A stretch of 59,193 bases of DNA from Clostridiales bacterium (GTDB taxonomy: Bacteria > Bacillota > Clostridia > Ch29). A program made the translations under genes and the position numbers. Under the pieces are notes generated by a model, which saw only the letters and a list, made by a program, of their open reading frames with translations, did not search any database and was not told the origin of the DNA. Every line of letters begins with the position of its first letter. Positions within the stretch are counted from its first letter, which is position 1. The stretch lies in NCBI GenBank assembly GCA_012523075.1, contig JAAYJF010000061.1:1-59193 (forward strand), written 5' to 3'. Below, piece by piece: positions 1 to 10,013 of this stretch.

Positions 1-204
1 CTTTGGGCAGGAAAACATATCCGTTGCCACCTCGTTGCCAGACAGGCTCCTAAGAGTAAGGGGCGTTATAAACTCCTCCGCCCGCTTAGTCATCACAACC
101 TTTACCTGGGCACCCTTTTTCCTCAGCCGGCTTACCAGGTCGGCACTTTTATAGGCGGCAATACCGCCGCTTATACCCACCACTATTCTTGTGCCATTAA
201 GCAA
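1..204 (-). CDS. coaBC: Bifunctional phosphopantothenoylcysteine decarboxylase/ligase CoaBC, 5' part (runs off the window)
   Basis: Manual translation from TTG at 204: [39 protein letters not shown]...FITPLTL (HFCD flavoprotein motif). Follows rpoZ as usual. Confidence 0.95.
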   Translation of the reverse strand, partial: MLNGTRIVVGISGGIAAYKSADLVSRLRKKGAQVKVVMTKRAEEFITPLTLRSLSGNEVATDMFSCPK

Positions 205-218
205 ATCCTTACCCCCCG

Positions 219-425
219 TTACTTTATGCCGTCCTTAGTGTGCACGTATCCGATCTTTCCTTCCTCTATTTCCTTGATGGCCGCAGATACGCTCTTTGTA
301 GCGTCATGCTCATCGCTGCTTAGCTTCTGCTGGTTAAGCTGCCTGGCCCTTTTGGCCGCCAGCGCAACCAGAGTGTACCTGCTGTCGACTTTTTCTAACA
401 GTTTATTTATTGCTGGATACAGCAT
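219..425 (-). CDS. rpoZ: RNA polymerase omega subunit
   Basis: [30 protein letters not shown]. Start moved to ATG 425 (GGAGG RBS). Confidence 0.95.
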   Translation of the reverse strand: MLYPAINKLLEKVDSRYTLVALAAKRARQLNQQKLSSDEHDATKSVSAAIKEIEEGKIGYVHTKDGIK

Positions 426-438
426 TTCCCTTACCTCC

Positions 439-1044
439 TTACTGACCAATGAGTTTCATTTTGAACCTGTCCACCCTGCATTTTTCGGCGGTAATTATTG
501 AACGCAGCTTCTCAACGGCCGTATCAACCCGGTCGTTTATTATGAAATAATTATATCTTGATACGTAGTTGATCTCTTTGTAAGCTGATTCAAACCGGCG
601 GAGTATTTCTTTTTCGTCCTCGGTACCCCGCTTGGTTATCCTTGCCTTTAGCTCCTCCATGGAGGGGGGCAGTATAAACACGAAAACCCCCTCTTTATAC
701 TTTTCCTTGACCTGAAGGGCACCCTGTATGTCTATCTCCAGCAGCACGTCCCTGCCCTGATGCAAGTTCTCCTCCACATACCTTCTCGGAGTACCGTAGT
801 AATTGCCGTAGACTTCCGCGTATTCAATAAACCCGTCCTTGCTTATCATATCCAGGAATTCTTCCCGGGATATAAAAAAATAATTCTTACCGTGAACTTC
901 TCCGTCCCTAGGCAGTCGTGTTGTGTTGGATATTGATACAACTATATCTTTCTTTGTTTCCAGCAGCCCTTTGCAAATGGTTCCTTTGCCCGCCCCGGAG
1001 GGGCCGGATACTACTACAAGCAGGCCTCTTCCTTCCATACTCAT
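439..1044 (-). CDS. gmk: Guanylate kinase
   Basis: P-loop [18 protein letters not shown] and YYGTP motifs. Confidence 0.97.
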   Translation of the reverse strand: MSMEGRGLLVVVSGPSGAGKGTICKGLLETKKDIVVSISNTTRLPRDGEVHGKNYFFISREEFLDMISKDGFIEYAEVYGNYYGTPRRYVEENLHQGRDVLLEIDIQGALQVKEKYKEGVFVFILPPSMEELKARITKRGTEDEKEILRRFESAYKEINYVSRYNYFIINDRVDTAVEKLRSIITAEKCRVDRFKMKLIGQ

Positions 1045-1313
1045 TCACTGCCCACCGTACTGTCCGAGGTATCCTTTGTGGACAGCCTGTGTGCAACGGT
1101 CTCCGGCTGAACTGCCGAAAGAATAATATGATCGCTGTCGGTAATTATTACGGCCCTGGTCCGCCTGCCATAGGTAGCGTCAATCAGCATGCCACGCTCC
1201 CTCGCGTCCTGGATTATTCTCTTTATTGGCGCCGATTCCGGGCTTACTATTGCTATAAGCCTGTTTGCCGAAACCATATTCCCAAACCCTATATTTATAA
1301 GCTTCATGTCCAC
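1041..1313 (-). CDS. remA: Extracellular matrix regulator RemA (DUF370)
   Basis: [10 protein letters not shown]...[18 protein letters not shown]; sits between yloC and gmk. GTG 1313 lies 7 nt after GGAGG. Confidence 0.93.
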   Translation of the reverse strand: MDMKLINIGFGNMVSANRLIAIVSPESAPIKRIIQDARERGMLIDATYGRRTRAVIITDSDHIILSAVQPETVAHRLSTKDTSDSTVGSE

Positions 1314-1325
1314 TGCCAAACCTCC

Positions 1326-2219
1326 CTATTCAATATTTTGGATTTGCTCCCTAACCTTTTCAAGCTGGGACTTTATCTCGATGACCGCCTTGGAAATATG
1401 TAAATCATTAGCCTTGGAACCTATCGTGTTTACCTCCCGGTGCATCTCCTGCACCAGAAAATCAAGCTTCCTTCCTATAGTACCTCCACCGTCTAGTATA
1501 TCATGCATCTGTGAAGCGTGACTCCTTAACCGGACCAGTTCTTCATCGATATTGCTCCTGTCCGCGAATATCAATACCTCCTGGTAAACCCTATCACTGT
1601 CAAGGTCTATCCCGTCGGCAAGGACTTCCAGTCTCTTCTCCAGCCTGTCCCGGTATTCCTCTACTATAAATGCTGCCCTTTTTTCTATTTCCGATACTTC
1701 TTTGTCTATGGTTTCCAGCTTTTTTAGTATGTCCTGCTTTAGGTTTTGGCCCTCCTGCCTGCGCATGTCTACAAGTATATCCACAGCCTGCTCCAGGGCG
1801 CAAGAAAACTTCTGCCACAGCTTTTCTTCGTCTGATTCCTCCTGTTTTGCCATTACAACATCCGGAAAGGTAGCAATTAGCGAAAAGGGTATGTCACCCT
1901 TATGGCCCAGGTCTTCCTTCAGTTCCTTCAAGGCATTGTAATAGGTCCGCGCCAGCTGGCTGTTCACCTTGACATCCTGCTCCTTTAGCTCCCAGCTGTC
2001 GTAGGAGACATACACGTCCACCCTGCCCCTGGATACCCGAGACTGCACATATCGCCTTATCCTGTCCTCCAAAAAGGATAGGTTTTTGGGCATTCTTATT
2101 GAAAAATCGCTATACCTATGGTTTACCGAACGGACTTCCACCGATATGGACGTGTTCCCTGTGCTAAACTCTCCTCTGCCAAATCCGGTCATACTGTTTA
2201 CCATTTTTGTTTTGTCCAT
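1326..2219 (-). CDS. yloC: YicC/YloC family endoribonuclease
   Basis: SMTGFGR, RSVNHRY, GRKLDFLVQEMHREVNTIGSK and the EQIQNIE terminus. Confidence 0.96.
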   Translation of the reverse strand: MDKTKMVNSMTGFGRGEFSTGNTSISVEVRSVNHRYSDFSIRMPKNLSFLEDRIRRYVQSRVSRGRVDVYVSYDSWELKEQDVKVNSQLARTYYNALKELKEDLGHKGDIPFSLIATFPDVVMAKQEESDEEKLWQKFSCALEQAVDILVDMRRQEGQNLKQDILKKLETIDKEVSEIEKRAAFIVEEYRDRLEKRLEVLADGIDLDSDRVYQEVLIFADRSNIDEELVRLRSHASQMHDILDGGGTIGRKLDFLVQEMHREVNTIGSKANDLHISKAVIEIKSQLEKVREQIQNIE

Positions 2220-2275
2220 CCTTCCCCTGTTCCTGCATTGCTTACACCCTTACCCCCTTAATTTAACACATTTTT

Positions 2276-2479
2276 CTAACTTTGCAAAGGATAAATTTCC
2301 CCTGAAAGCCTTCCGGGCAAGACGTCCGGAGCGGGACCCTACATAAGCACCCCACCGCCTGGCCCCCAGCTTATAAAAAGCTCCCCAAGTTGCAGCTTAG
2401 CCCTTACCCTTTACCATGTTTTTTCAAAGGTTGATAACACAGCTGCGGCGGCGCAGCAGCCGGTACCGCGGTCAAGGGC
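2276..2479 (-). pseudogene. dapF: Decayed 3' remnant of diaminopimelate epimerase
   Basis: Manual one-frame translation ALDRGTGCCAAAAVLSTFEKTW*RVRAKLQLGELFISWGPGGGVLM*GPAPDVLPGRLSGEIY resembles the DapF C-terminus (TLACGTGACA...LPGGxLxIxW...VxMTGPA...FxGEI). Two in-frame stops, no 5' part. Confidence 0.75.
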
Positions 2480-2608
2480 GCTACCCTATTATACACTATA
2501 ATATTATACTGCAAAACTGTCGCTGAAAACAGGGATAGCAAAGGGCTACGGTTTTATTTTGCTCCGTCAAATGCTATACTAGATTTAAAAACAACTGCAG
2601 GTGATAAA

Positions 2609-4363
2609 ATGGCTTTAGACGGATACACCATGAGATGCCTTGCCATAGAACTTAGAAAGAGCCTGATAAACGGGCGTATAGAGAAGATATACCAGCCCCG
2701 GAGGGACACCCTTTTGTTCCACCTACGCACCGGCAATGGCCGTGAAAGGCTGCTTATATCGGCCAGCCCTTCAAACCCCAGAATACACCTCACCGGTGAG
2801 GGCGCTGCCGGACAGCAGCACCCCCCGATGTTCTGTATGCTTTTGAGAAAGGTCCTGCAGGGGGGCACAATAGTCTCGATAGAACAGCACGGGATGGACC
2901 GGGTGCTGGAGTTTACCATAAGGGCTACCGACCAGCTGGGTGAGCGGGGGCTAAAGAGACTTGTATGCGAGATAATGGGCCGGCACAGCAATATCATTCT
3001 GCTGGAGCAAGGCGGTAACATAATTGATTCAGTAAAAAGGGTCACCGACCAGATGAGTTCCTACAGGCACATTTTCCCCGGCATGGAATACAAGCCCCCG
3101 CCGTCCCAGGCAAAGCTGGATATTTCGGGCGCAGACATCGGTGCCCTGGAACGCACCCTTTCATTGCATTTAGGAACCTTGGCCCATAAGGCGGTATCCG
3201 GTGCCCTGGAAGGGATGGGTAAAATAATGGCCCGGGAATTATGCATAAGGGCCGGCACAGACCCGGATAGGCTACTGGAGGAATCTTCAGTACTGTCCCT
3301 TGTTAATGCTGCCCTCGGCCTTTCGAGCATCCTTGAAAAGGGAGACTTTTATCCCGTTATATATTACAAGGATAGGGAGGCTTTTGAATTTTCCCCGATA
3401 CTGCTTACCCATCTAAGCCTTCCCTACAGAAAGCAGCCCAGTATAAACACCATGCTGGATAGCTTTTTCCGTGAAAGGACCGAAACTGAGACCGTTAACC
3501 ATCAGAAAGACAACCTCCTGAGGGTGGTAAACGACCTCACCGAAAAAAACCGGAAAAAACTTGGTAACCGGCTACAGGAGGAAAGGGCCGCTAGCGACAA
3601 ACACCACTACAGGCTCTACGGCGAACTTATTACCGCAAACCTGTACCGCCTGAAGGAGAAAACCGGCCTTGCGGTGTTGGAGGACTATACCAAGCCGTGT
3701 TCACCTGTTGTTAAGATAGAACTGGACCCGGACCTCACCCCGCTACAAAACGCCAATAGGTTTTTTGAAGAGTACAGCCACGCAAAAAGGACGCTGGCCA
3801 ATTTGAAGAAACTAATCCGCCAGGCCAAGGAGGAAATTGACTACCTGGAGGGCCTTTCATACAGCATAGAAAGCTGTACAAGTATTGATGAACTGCAGGA
3901 AATAAGGCTTGAATTGGAACGGGGTGGATATGTAAAGCCCGCAAAGGCCGTCACCAAACAAGGCAGACAAAAAGAGGCACCCACTTCAAGGCCCCTGGCC
4001 TTTAGGTCCCAGGACGGCTTTGCCATATACGTGGGACGCAACAACCGGCAGAACGATTACCTGGTCCAAAGGTATGCCAGGAAGGACGACCTGTGGCTGC
4101 ACACAAAGGACATACCCGGCTCCCATGTGCTAATTAGGAGCGAGGGCAAGGAAATCCCCGGCACAACGCTGTACCAGGCGGCGCTGCTGGCCGCATACAA
4201 CAGCAAAGCCCGCCAGTCGGGCAGTGTGCCCGTTGACTATACTCTGGTAAAATACGTATCCAAGCCCACCGGGGCAAAGCCAGGTTTTGTGATATACAAA
4301 AGCCAGAAAACGGTGTTTGTGACTCCGGACAAGGATGAAATAGACCGGATAGAAATGCTCTAG
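2609..4363 (+). CDS. rqcH: Ribosome quality control protein RqcH (Rqc2/FbpA, NFACT family)
   Basis: MALDG...GRIEKIYQP, EIMGRHSNIIL, VGRNNRQND, WLHTKDIPGSHV, KPTGAKPGFVIY. Extended -10 TGcTATACT at 2572-2580. Confidence 0.95.
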   Translation: MALDGYTMRCLAIELRKSLINGRIEKIYQPRRDTLLFHLRTGNGRERLLISASPSNPRIHLTGEGAAGQQHPPMFCMLLRKVLQGGTIVSIEQHGMDRVLEFTIRATDQLGERGLKRLVCEIMGRHSNIILLEQGGNIIDSVKRVTDQMSSYRHIFPGMEYKPPPSQAKLDISGADIGALERTLSLHLGTLAHKAVSGALEGMGKIMARELCIRAGTDPDRLLEESSVLSLVNAALGLSSILEKGDFYPVIYYKDREAFEFSPILLTHLSLPYRKQPSINTMLDSFFRERTETETVNHQKDNLLRVVNDLTEKNRKKLGNRLQEERAASDKHHYRLYGELITANLYRLKEKTGLAVLEDYTKPCSPVVKIELDPDLTPLQNANRFFEEYSHAKRTLANLKKLIRQAKEEIDYLEGLSYSIESCTSIDELQEIRLELERGGYVKPAKAVTKQGRQKEAPTSRPLAFRSQDGFAIYVGRNNRQNDYLVQRYARKDDLWLHTKDIPGSHVLIRSEGKEIPGTTLYQAALLAAYNSKARQSGSVPVDYTLVKYVSKPTGAKPGFVIYKSQKTVFVTPDKDEIDRIEML

Positions 4364-4381
4364 AGCTAGCCTTTGTCCGGT

Positions 4382-5281
4382 CTACAGACTGTCAATTACC
4401 CTTTGGAAATGCCCGGGCAGCGGTGCCCGGAACTCGACATATTCGCCCTTTTCCGGGTGAATAAAGCCCAGCACCGCGGCGTGCAGCATAAGGCTTTCCA
4501 CTTCCAGGTCCCCCGGCCTGCCGTATTTGGGGTCCCCCACAACGGGACGGCCTATATAGTGCATGTGCACCCTTATCTGGTGGGTCCTGCCTGTCTCCAG
4601 CCTTGCCTCGACAAGGGTATATCCCCGGAACCTATTTATCACCTTGAAATGGGTTACGGCGGATCGAGAATTCCTAGCCACCACCGCCATCCTTTTCCGG
4701 TCTACGGGATGCCGGCCTATGGGAGCTTCTATGGTACCCCCGTCCTCCTCAATCTCTCCCTTAACAAGGGCTATATACTTTCTGGTAATACTGTGGTCCT
4801 TAAGCTGCCGTGCAAGGTGCCGGTGGACCCTTTCGTTCTTTGCCACCACCAAAAGCCCGGTGGTATCCTTGTCTATCCTATGCACTATCCCCGGCCGCAG
4901 TTTATCGTTAAACTGTGATAGGCTGTCACAGTGGTGAAGTAGCGCGTTTACCAGCGTACCGGTCCTGTGGCCGGGGGCTGGATGCACCACCATACCGGCG
5001 GGTTTGTTTATTACAATAAGAGAATGGTCTTCATATACAACGTCCAGCGGAATAGCGGCGGCTTCCACCGTAGGCCTTTGGAGCCTAGGGATTACAGCCT
5101 TTATTCTGTCACCCTTTTTTACCCTGTAGTTGCTTTTTGCCGGCCTGTCGTTGACGTTTACAAGGTCCCTCTCTATTAGCTTTTGAACGGAGGAACGGGA
5201 ATGGCCGGGCATATTATCCGCAAGAAAGCTGTCCAGCCTGCCGCCGTCCTCCCTTTGAACCACCATTTCAAATTTTTCCAT
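4382..5281 (-). CDS. rluD: RluA/RluD family pseudouridine synthase with S4 domain
   Basis: RLDSFLA S4 domain, NKPAGMVVHP, catalytic HRIDKDTTG, TGRTHQIRVH; coupled to lspA. Confidence 0.93.
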   Translation of the reverse strand: MEKFEMVVQREDGGRLDSFLADNMPGHSRSSVQKLIERDLVNVNDRPAKSNYRVKKGDRIKAVIPRLQRPTVEAAAIPLDVVYEDHSLIVINKPAGMVVHPAPGHRTGTLVNALLHHCDSLSQFNDKLRPGIVHRIDKDTTGLLVVAKNERVHRHLARQLKDHSITRKYIALVKGEIEEDGGTIEAPIGRHPVDRKRMAVVARNSRSAVTHFKVINRFRGYTLVEARLETGRTHQIRVHMHYIGRPVVGDPKYGRPGDLEVESLMLHAAVLGFIHPEKGEYVEFRAPLPGHFQRVIDSL

Positions 5282-5721
5282 TATTTTATTCCCTCACCCT
5301 TTACAACCACCAAATATCCAAGCAACACAGCTCCTACCACCACACAACTGTCCGCCACATTGAACACTGGCCATACCCTGAAGTCCAGAAAGTCCACCAC
5401 GTAGCCCAGCCATAACCTGTCTATCAGATTGCCTATGGCACCGCCCAGTATAAGTGCCAGAGAAATCCGCATATATCGGCTTGCGTCTTTCATGCTCCAG
5501 ATAAGGTAGACCAGTACAATAGATACCAGTATAACGGCGGGTATAAAAAACCAATTTTTGCCCTGGAGCATCCCGAAGGCCGCTCCGGTGTTTTCCACGT
5601 AGGTAAGATGGAATACCCCATTAATCACCGGTACCGTTCCAAGCGGCACCAGGTACTGCAGGCATAAAAACTTGGTAACCCTGTCCGCAACTAGAACCGC
5701 AATAACAACAATCCACGTCAT
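5281..5721 (-). CDS. lspA: Signal peptidase II
   Basis: NTGAAFG, GAIGNLIDR, VVDFL, WPVFNVAD motifs. Confidence 0.96.
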   Translation of the reverse strand: MTWIVVIAVLVADRVTKFLCLQYLVPLGTVPVINGVFHLTYVENTGAAFGMLQGKNWFFIPAVILVSIVLVYLIWSMKDASRYMRISLALILGGAIGNLIDRLWLGYVVDFLDFRVWPVFNVADSCVVVGAVLLGYLVVVKGEGIK

Positions 5722-5793
5722 AAAATACCCCCTGAAGGTTTACTCGGTAATACTAAGATTTTATCACAAACCCAGGCGGCTTAAAATAGATTA

Positions 5794-6441
5794 TTATTCT
5801 TCTTCATAGTCATCCGGAAGCTGTTTTTTATAGTAGCGGTTGCTCAGCGCATCAATATCCTCCACCAGCCCTGCTGGTATTTCATCCCAAAGGCCCCCAT
5901 CGTCCCCGGTCTGGTCGCTGGGGTCGTCCTCCCTTCGGTTGTACCGCGCCACCGCCTGCCAGCTGTCCTCTCCGTCGAATATTACCCGCTGGTCCCTGGC
6001 GCTTCTTTCCCTGTTGTAGGGATAGTTCAGCGTCTCTTCCTCCACCGGCCTTCCCTCCATAACCCTTTCCCTGGAAAGCCTTGTGTCGTGGGAGCAGTTT
6101 AGGCACAGGTCAGCCTCCGGCTGCGTCTCCAACCGGCCGAGGGCAATCTCGCTGTCGCAAAGCCTGCACCTGCCGTACTCTCCCCTCTCAATGCGTTCCA
6201 GTGCCTGTTCTATCTGGTTAATCCTATGCAGTTCCTGTTTTCTTAGCGCCATGTTTTTCTCCATTTCATAGGTCTCACTGCCTATGTCCGCGGGGTGGTT
6301 ATCGTAAACCGATAGTTCGCTCAAATATTCCGGTTGTGCATCGGGAAAATTGTTGTTTTCAATCTTGTCCAAGGTCCTTTGCGCCTCTTCCCTCTTTTGT
6401 ACAAGCCTTTGCTTCAAGTTTTCAAGTGTCGCCGAATTCAT
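5794..6441 (-). CDS. yteA: YteA-like TraR/DksA C4 zinc-finger sporulation regulator
   Basis: ELSVYDNHPAD, CRLC...CLNC, RPVEEE and FDGEDSWQAVARY. Confidence 0.88.
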   Translation of the reverse strand: MNSATLENLKQRLVQKREEAQRTLDKIENNNFPDAQPEYLSELSVYDNHPADIGSETYEMEKNMALRKQELHRINQIEQALERIERGEYGRCRLCDSEIALGRLETQPEADLCLNCSHDTRLSRERVMEGRPVEEETLNYPYNRERSARDQRVIFDGEDSWQAVARYNRREDDPSDQTGDDGGLWDEIPAGLVEDIDALSNRYYKKQLPDDYEEE

Positions 6442-6458
6442 GGCTAGCCTCCTTTGAT

Positions 6459-6749
6459 TTACATGCTTCGATTAACAAGCTTTATAAGCTCCGCGATAAA
6501 ATCTCCGATAAGGGGCAGGTTTAATACCACAAGCCTTCTTAAAACCAGTATGACCAAGGCCCCAAGAATCGAAAAACCAACGGCCAGGCCAAGACCCCTG
6601 GCAAGCCCCGCGGCAAAGTTCAATGCCAGCAGTCTCCTGGGATCCTCCATCAGATTTACGTATTCCATTATTTTCGACTTTTCAAGGCTTATAGACAGCT
6701 GTTGTATTTTATTGCCAAGCTTTTTTATTTCTTTGCTTTGGTTCTCCAT
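6459..6749 (-). CDS. DUF5665 family small membrane protein
   Basis: NFAAGLARGLGLAVGFSILG...LPLIGDFIA. Confidence 0.85.
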   Translation of the reverse strand: MENQSKEIKKLGNKIQQLSISLEKSKIMEYVNLMEDPRRLLALNFAAGLARGLGLAVGFSILGALVILVLRRLVVLNLPLIGDFIAELIKLVNRSM

Positions 6750-6768
6750 ACCCCATCCCCCTGTGAAT

Positions 6769-6798
6769 TAATTTTCCCATACCCGTCCAAACTGATAC
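6769..6798 (-). promoter_or_regulatory. Putative forespore (sigmaF/sigmaG-type) promoter for DUF5665-yteA
   Basis: Minus strand GTATC-15 nt-GGGAAAATTA, close to the GYATA-N15-GGnnAnAHTR consensus. Confidence 0.55.
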
Positions 6799-6845
6799 GC
6801 AAACAAAAAAAAGAAAGCGCTATGCGACGCCTTATCAATATGCAC

Positions 6846-6890
6846 AAACCAGGGGGACTGTCCCCCTGGTTTGCCCCTGGTTTACTGGTT
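6846..6890. repeat. Perfect palindrome AAACCAGGGGGAC-T-GTCCCCCTGGTTT plus partial direct copies (REP-like or terminator)
   Basis: 13-bp arms at 6846-6872, then GCCCCTGGTTT and ACTGGTT, directly after the ileS stop. Confidence 0.6.
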
Positions 6891-9681
6891 ACTCAATATT
6901 CTCTGCACATCTTTCACAAATGCCGGGATGGTCGTCAACACTTCCAACGGTGGTGCTGTAGTTCCAGCACCTCTCGCATTTGTGCCCCTCTGCCTGAGAA
7001 ACCGCAACGCTTAAGTTCTTAAGGTCCTCTCCTTCAACGGCGCTTGGTCCCGCTTTACTTCCCGGCGGGTTAACCCTCACCTGGGAAACTATGAACAGGA
7101 AGGGAAGTTCCTCTTCAAGGGGTTTCAGGAAGTCGTACAGATCGCTGTCTACGTACAACTCAACCCTTGCATCCAGCGAATGGCCAATAACCTTTTCCGC
7201 CCTGGCCTTTTCAAGGGCCCTTCCCACCTCGTACCTTACGTCCAGTATCCTCTGGTACTTGGCCTCCAGCTCATCGCTTATAAGCTCCGGGGCTGCCTGC
7301 GGGAAGTCCATCAGCTGGACGCTTACTTCCCTTAAGGAGGGGTCTCCGGGCATATACTGCCATATCTCCTCCGCCGTGAAGGACAGAACTGGCGCGATGA
7401 GCAGTTCAAGGTTTGACAGCAGCCGGTACATAACCGTCTGGGCAGCCCTTCTTTCCACCGAATCCGCCCTGTAGGTATACAGCCTATCCTTTATAACGTC
7501 AAGGTAGAAGTTGCTCATATCCACCACGCAGAAGTGATGTATCGCGTAAAACAATATATGCAGCTCATAGTCCCTGTAGGCCTTTACTACCTTCTCAAGC
7601 AACCTTTCTCCCTTGTGCAGCGCCCATTTGTCCAAGTCAAGGAGTTGGTCGTATCCCACAACGTCCTTTTGAGGGTCAAAGTCGTACAGGTTGCCCAGCA
7701 TAAACCGGGCGGTATTCCTTATCTTCCTGTATATCTCGGACAACTGTTTTAGTATCTGGGGCGATATCCTGACATCGGTCTTGTAGTCGGCTGAAGCAAC
7801 CCAAAGTCTCAATATATCCGCCCCGTATTCTTCTATTACCTCCTGGGGATCAATGCCGTTACCAAGGGACTTAGACATTTTGCGGCCCTCTCCGTCCACC
7901 ACAAAGCCGTGGGTGAGCACTTCCTCGTAGGGAGCCCTGCCCCTGGTAGCAACTGCGGTAAGCAATGAGGATTGGAACCATCCTCTATGCTGGTCGCTGC
8001 CCTCCAGGTACATTGTTGACGGCCACTCATGCTCTGGCCAGGTATTCAATACCGCGGCGTGACTGGAACCGGAATCAAACCACACGTCCATTATATCCGT
8101 TTCTTTTCTGAAGCTGTCCCCGCCGCAGCCTTCGCATTTAACGCCCTCGGGCAGTATCTCCTCGGCGGTCTTAGAAAACCACGCGTCGGACCCTTCCTTT
8201 GCAAACAGCTCCTTCACCGCGTTTATCGTATCATCATTTATAATGTGGCGGCCGCACTTATTGCAGTAGAATATTGGAATGGGTACTCCCCAAACCCTCT
8301 GCCTGGATATGCACCAATCCGCCCTGTCCCTTACCATATTTTTTATGCGCTCCTCGCCCCAGGAGGGAATCCATTTTACGTCTTCTATGGCTTCTATCGA
8401 CTCTTCCCTGAAGCCTTCCACCGAGGCAAACCACTGCTCCGTTGCCCTAAAAATTACCGGCCCCTTGCAGCGCCAGCAGTGGGGATAGGAGTGCGTCATG
8501 GTTGAGTTGGCGTACATATCTCCCGATTCAATCAAATCGTTTACTATTACATCGTTTGCTTTCTTATAATACATTCCCTCGTACTTGCCTGCCTCTTTGG
8601 TAAAATGCCCTTTGTCGTCCACCGGATTTAGCACAGGCAGATTGTACTGCATCCCGATCACAAAGTCTTCCTCACCGTGGCCCGGTGCGGTATGGACGCA
8701 ACCGGTACCCTGTTCCAGCGTTACATGGTCGCCCAGTATTATAACCGAATCCCTGTCCACAAAGGGGTGTTTGCATTTTACGCCTTCAAGCTGCAGACCC
8801 GTAAATTCTGCAAGTACCTTGTATCCGTCATAACCGCCCAGTTCCATTACTTCGTCGGCCTTATCCTTTGCCACCACATAGTAGGAGGACCCCATCTCAA
8901 TAAGGACGTATTTCAACTCCGCGTTTAGCGCGATGGCAAGGTTTGCGGGCAGCGTCCAGGGGGTTGTGGTCCATATCATCACATACACCCTGTCAAGGCT
9001 ACCGGTGTAATCGGTAAACAGTCCCTTGTCGTCTCTCACCGGAAAGTTTACGTAAATGGAATGAGTCTTGTGGTCGCTGTATTCAATCTCCGCCTCCGCC
9101 AGGGCCGTCTCACAATCGGGGCACCAGTAAACCGGTTTTAGTCCCTTGTATATATAGCCTTTTTTGGCCATCTCTCCGAAGACTTCTATCTGTTTTGCTT
9201 CGAACTGCGGATTTAACGTAAGATAGGGATTTTCCCAGTCGCCTCTCACGCCCAGCCTTTTGAACTGTTCTCTCTGCTTATCAATATATTTAAGCGCGAA
9301 CTCCTTACACAGCTGTCTAAATTCCACGATGGATTTTTCGTGCCTGTTTATCCCCATAACCTTTATGGCCTGGGTCTCTATGGGCAGTCCGTGGGTGTCC
9401 CAGCCGGGAACATAGAGGCTTAGATAACCGTCCATGGATTTGCTTTTTACAATAATATCCTTCAGTATCTTGTTGAGGGTATGCCCCAGATGTATATCTC
9501 CGTTGGCATAGGGCGGTCCGTCGTGCAGTATGAACTTTTTGTTGCCCATGTGCTTTTCAAGGTTCTTTCTGTATAAGTCTTCTTTTTCCCAAAATTCGCA
9601 AATCTCCGGCTCCTTGGCGGGGAGATTTGCCCTCATGGGAAATTTCGTTTTTGGCAGGTTCAATGTTTTACCATAATCCAT
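6889..9681 (-). CDS. ileS: Isoleucine--tRNA ligase (type 1)
   Basis: DGPPYANG..HLGH, WTTTPWT, DWCISRQR, KMSKS and a C-terminal CERC...CERC zinc finger. Confidence 0.98.
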   Translation of the reverse strand: MDYGKTLNLPKTKFPMRANLPAKEPEICEFWEKEDLYRKNLEKHMGNKKFILHDGPPYANGDIHLGHTLNKILKDIIVKSKSMDGYLSLYVPGWDTHGLPIETQAIKVMGINRHEKSIVEFRQLCKEFALKYIDKQREQFKRLGVRGDWENPYLTLNPQFEAKQIEVFGEMAKKGYIYKGLKPVYWCPDCETALAEAEIEYSDHKTHSIYVNFPVRDDKGLFTDYTGSLDRVYVMIWTTTPWTLPANLAIALNAELKYVLIEMGSSYYVVAKDKADEVMELGGYDGYKVLAEFTGLQLEGVKCKHPFVDRDSVIILGDHVTLEQGTGCVHTAPGHGEEDFVIGMQYNLPVLNPVDDKGHFTKEAGKYEGMYYKKANDVIVNDLIESGDMYANSTMTHSYPHCWRCKGPVIFRATEQWFASVEGFREESIEAIEDVKWIPSWGEERIKNMVRDRADWCISRQRVWGVPIPIFYCNKCGRHIINDDTINAVKELFAKEGSDAWFSKTAEEILPEGVKCEGCGGDSFRKETDIMDVWFDSGSSHAAVLNTWPEHEWPSTMYLEGSDQHRGWFQSSLLTAVATRGRAPYEEVLTHGFVVDGEGRKMSKSLGNGIDPQEVIEEYGADILRLWVASADYKTDVRISPQILKQLSEIYRKIRNTARFMLGNLYDFDPQKDVVGYDQLLDLDKWALHKGERLLEKVVKAYRDYELHILFYAIHHFCVVDMSNFYLDVIKDRLYTYRADSVERRAAQTVMYRLLSNLELLIAPVLSFTAEEIWQYMPGDPSLREVSVQLMDFPQAAPELISDELEAKYQRILDVRYEVGRALEKARAEKVIGHSLDARVELYVDSDLYDFLKPLEEELPFLFIVSQVRVNPPGSKAGPSAVEGEDLKNLSVAVSQAEGHKCERCWNYSTTVGSVDDHPGICERCAENIE

Positions 9682-9729
9682 TTGTTACCACTCCAGTCGT
9701 TTTTTATAATAAGCGCTCCTTTGATGTAT

Positions 9730-9955
9730 AAAAAAAGTCCCTTCGCTTGGAAAGGGACGAGGACTACCCGCGGTACCACCCTGATTGGCTGCAATACCCA
9801 CTTAAAATGTACTGTAACGGGTAACCCCGGCTCGGCTTACTTTATTTTTTCAGCCTGCTGCTCCTGAGGGATTTTCACCGCCACACGCTACCGCATCGCA
9901 CCGTACCTGCAGCTCTCTGTTAACAGTTAACGGCTACTCTTCTCAATCATCGCAC
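9730..9955 (-). ncRNA. T-box riboswitch (Ile specifier AUC) with terminator
   Basis: Minus strand: GCGATGATTGAGAAGAGTAG, AGAGAG, GGTGCGA, GAAA-ATC specifier (9870-9872), T-box AATCAGGGTGGTACCGCG (about 9769-9786), terminator GTCCCTTC...GAAGGGAC-T run. Confidence 0.93.
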
Positions 9956-9979
9956 TAAAACTTGCAATTGTTTTATAGA

Positions 9980-10008
9980 ATTATAATATAAACCGAAGTA
10001 TTAGTCAA
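9980..10008 (-). promoter_or_regulatory. sigmaA promoter of the ileS T-box leader
   Basis: TTGACT-17 nt-TATAAT. Confidence 0.8.
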
Positions 10009-10013
10009 CAAAA

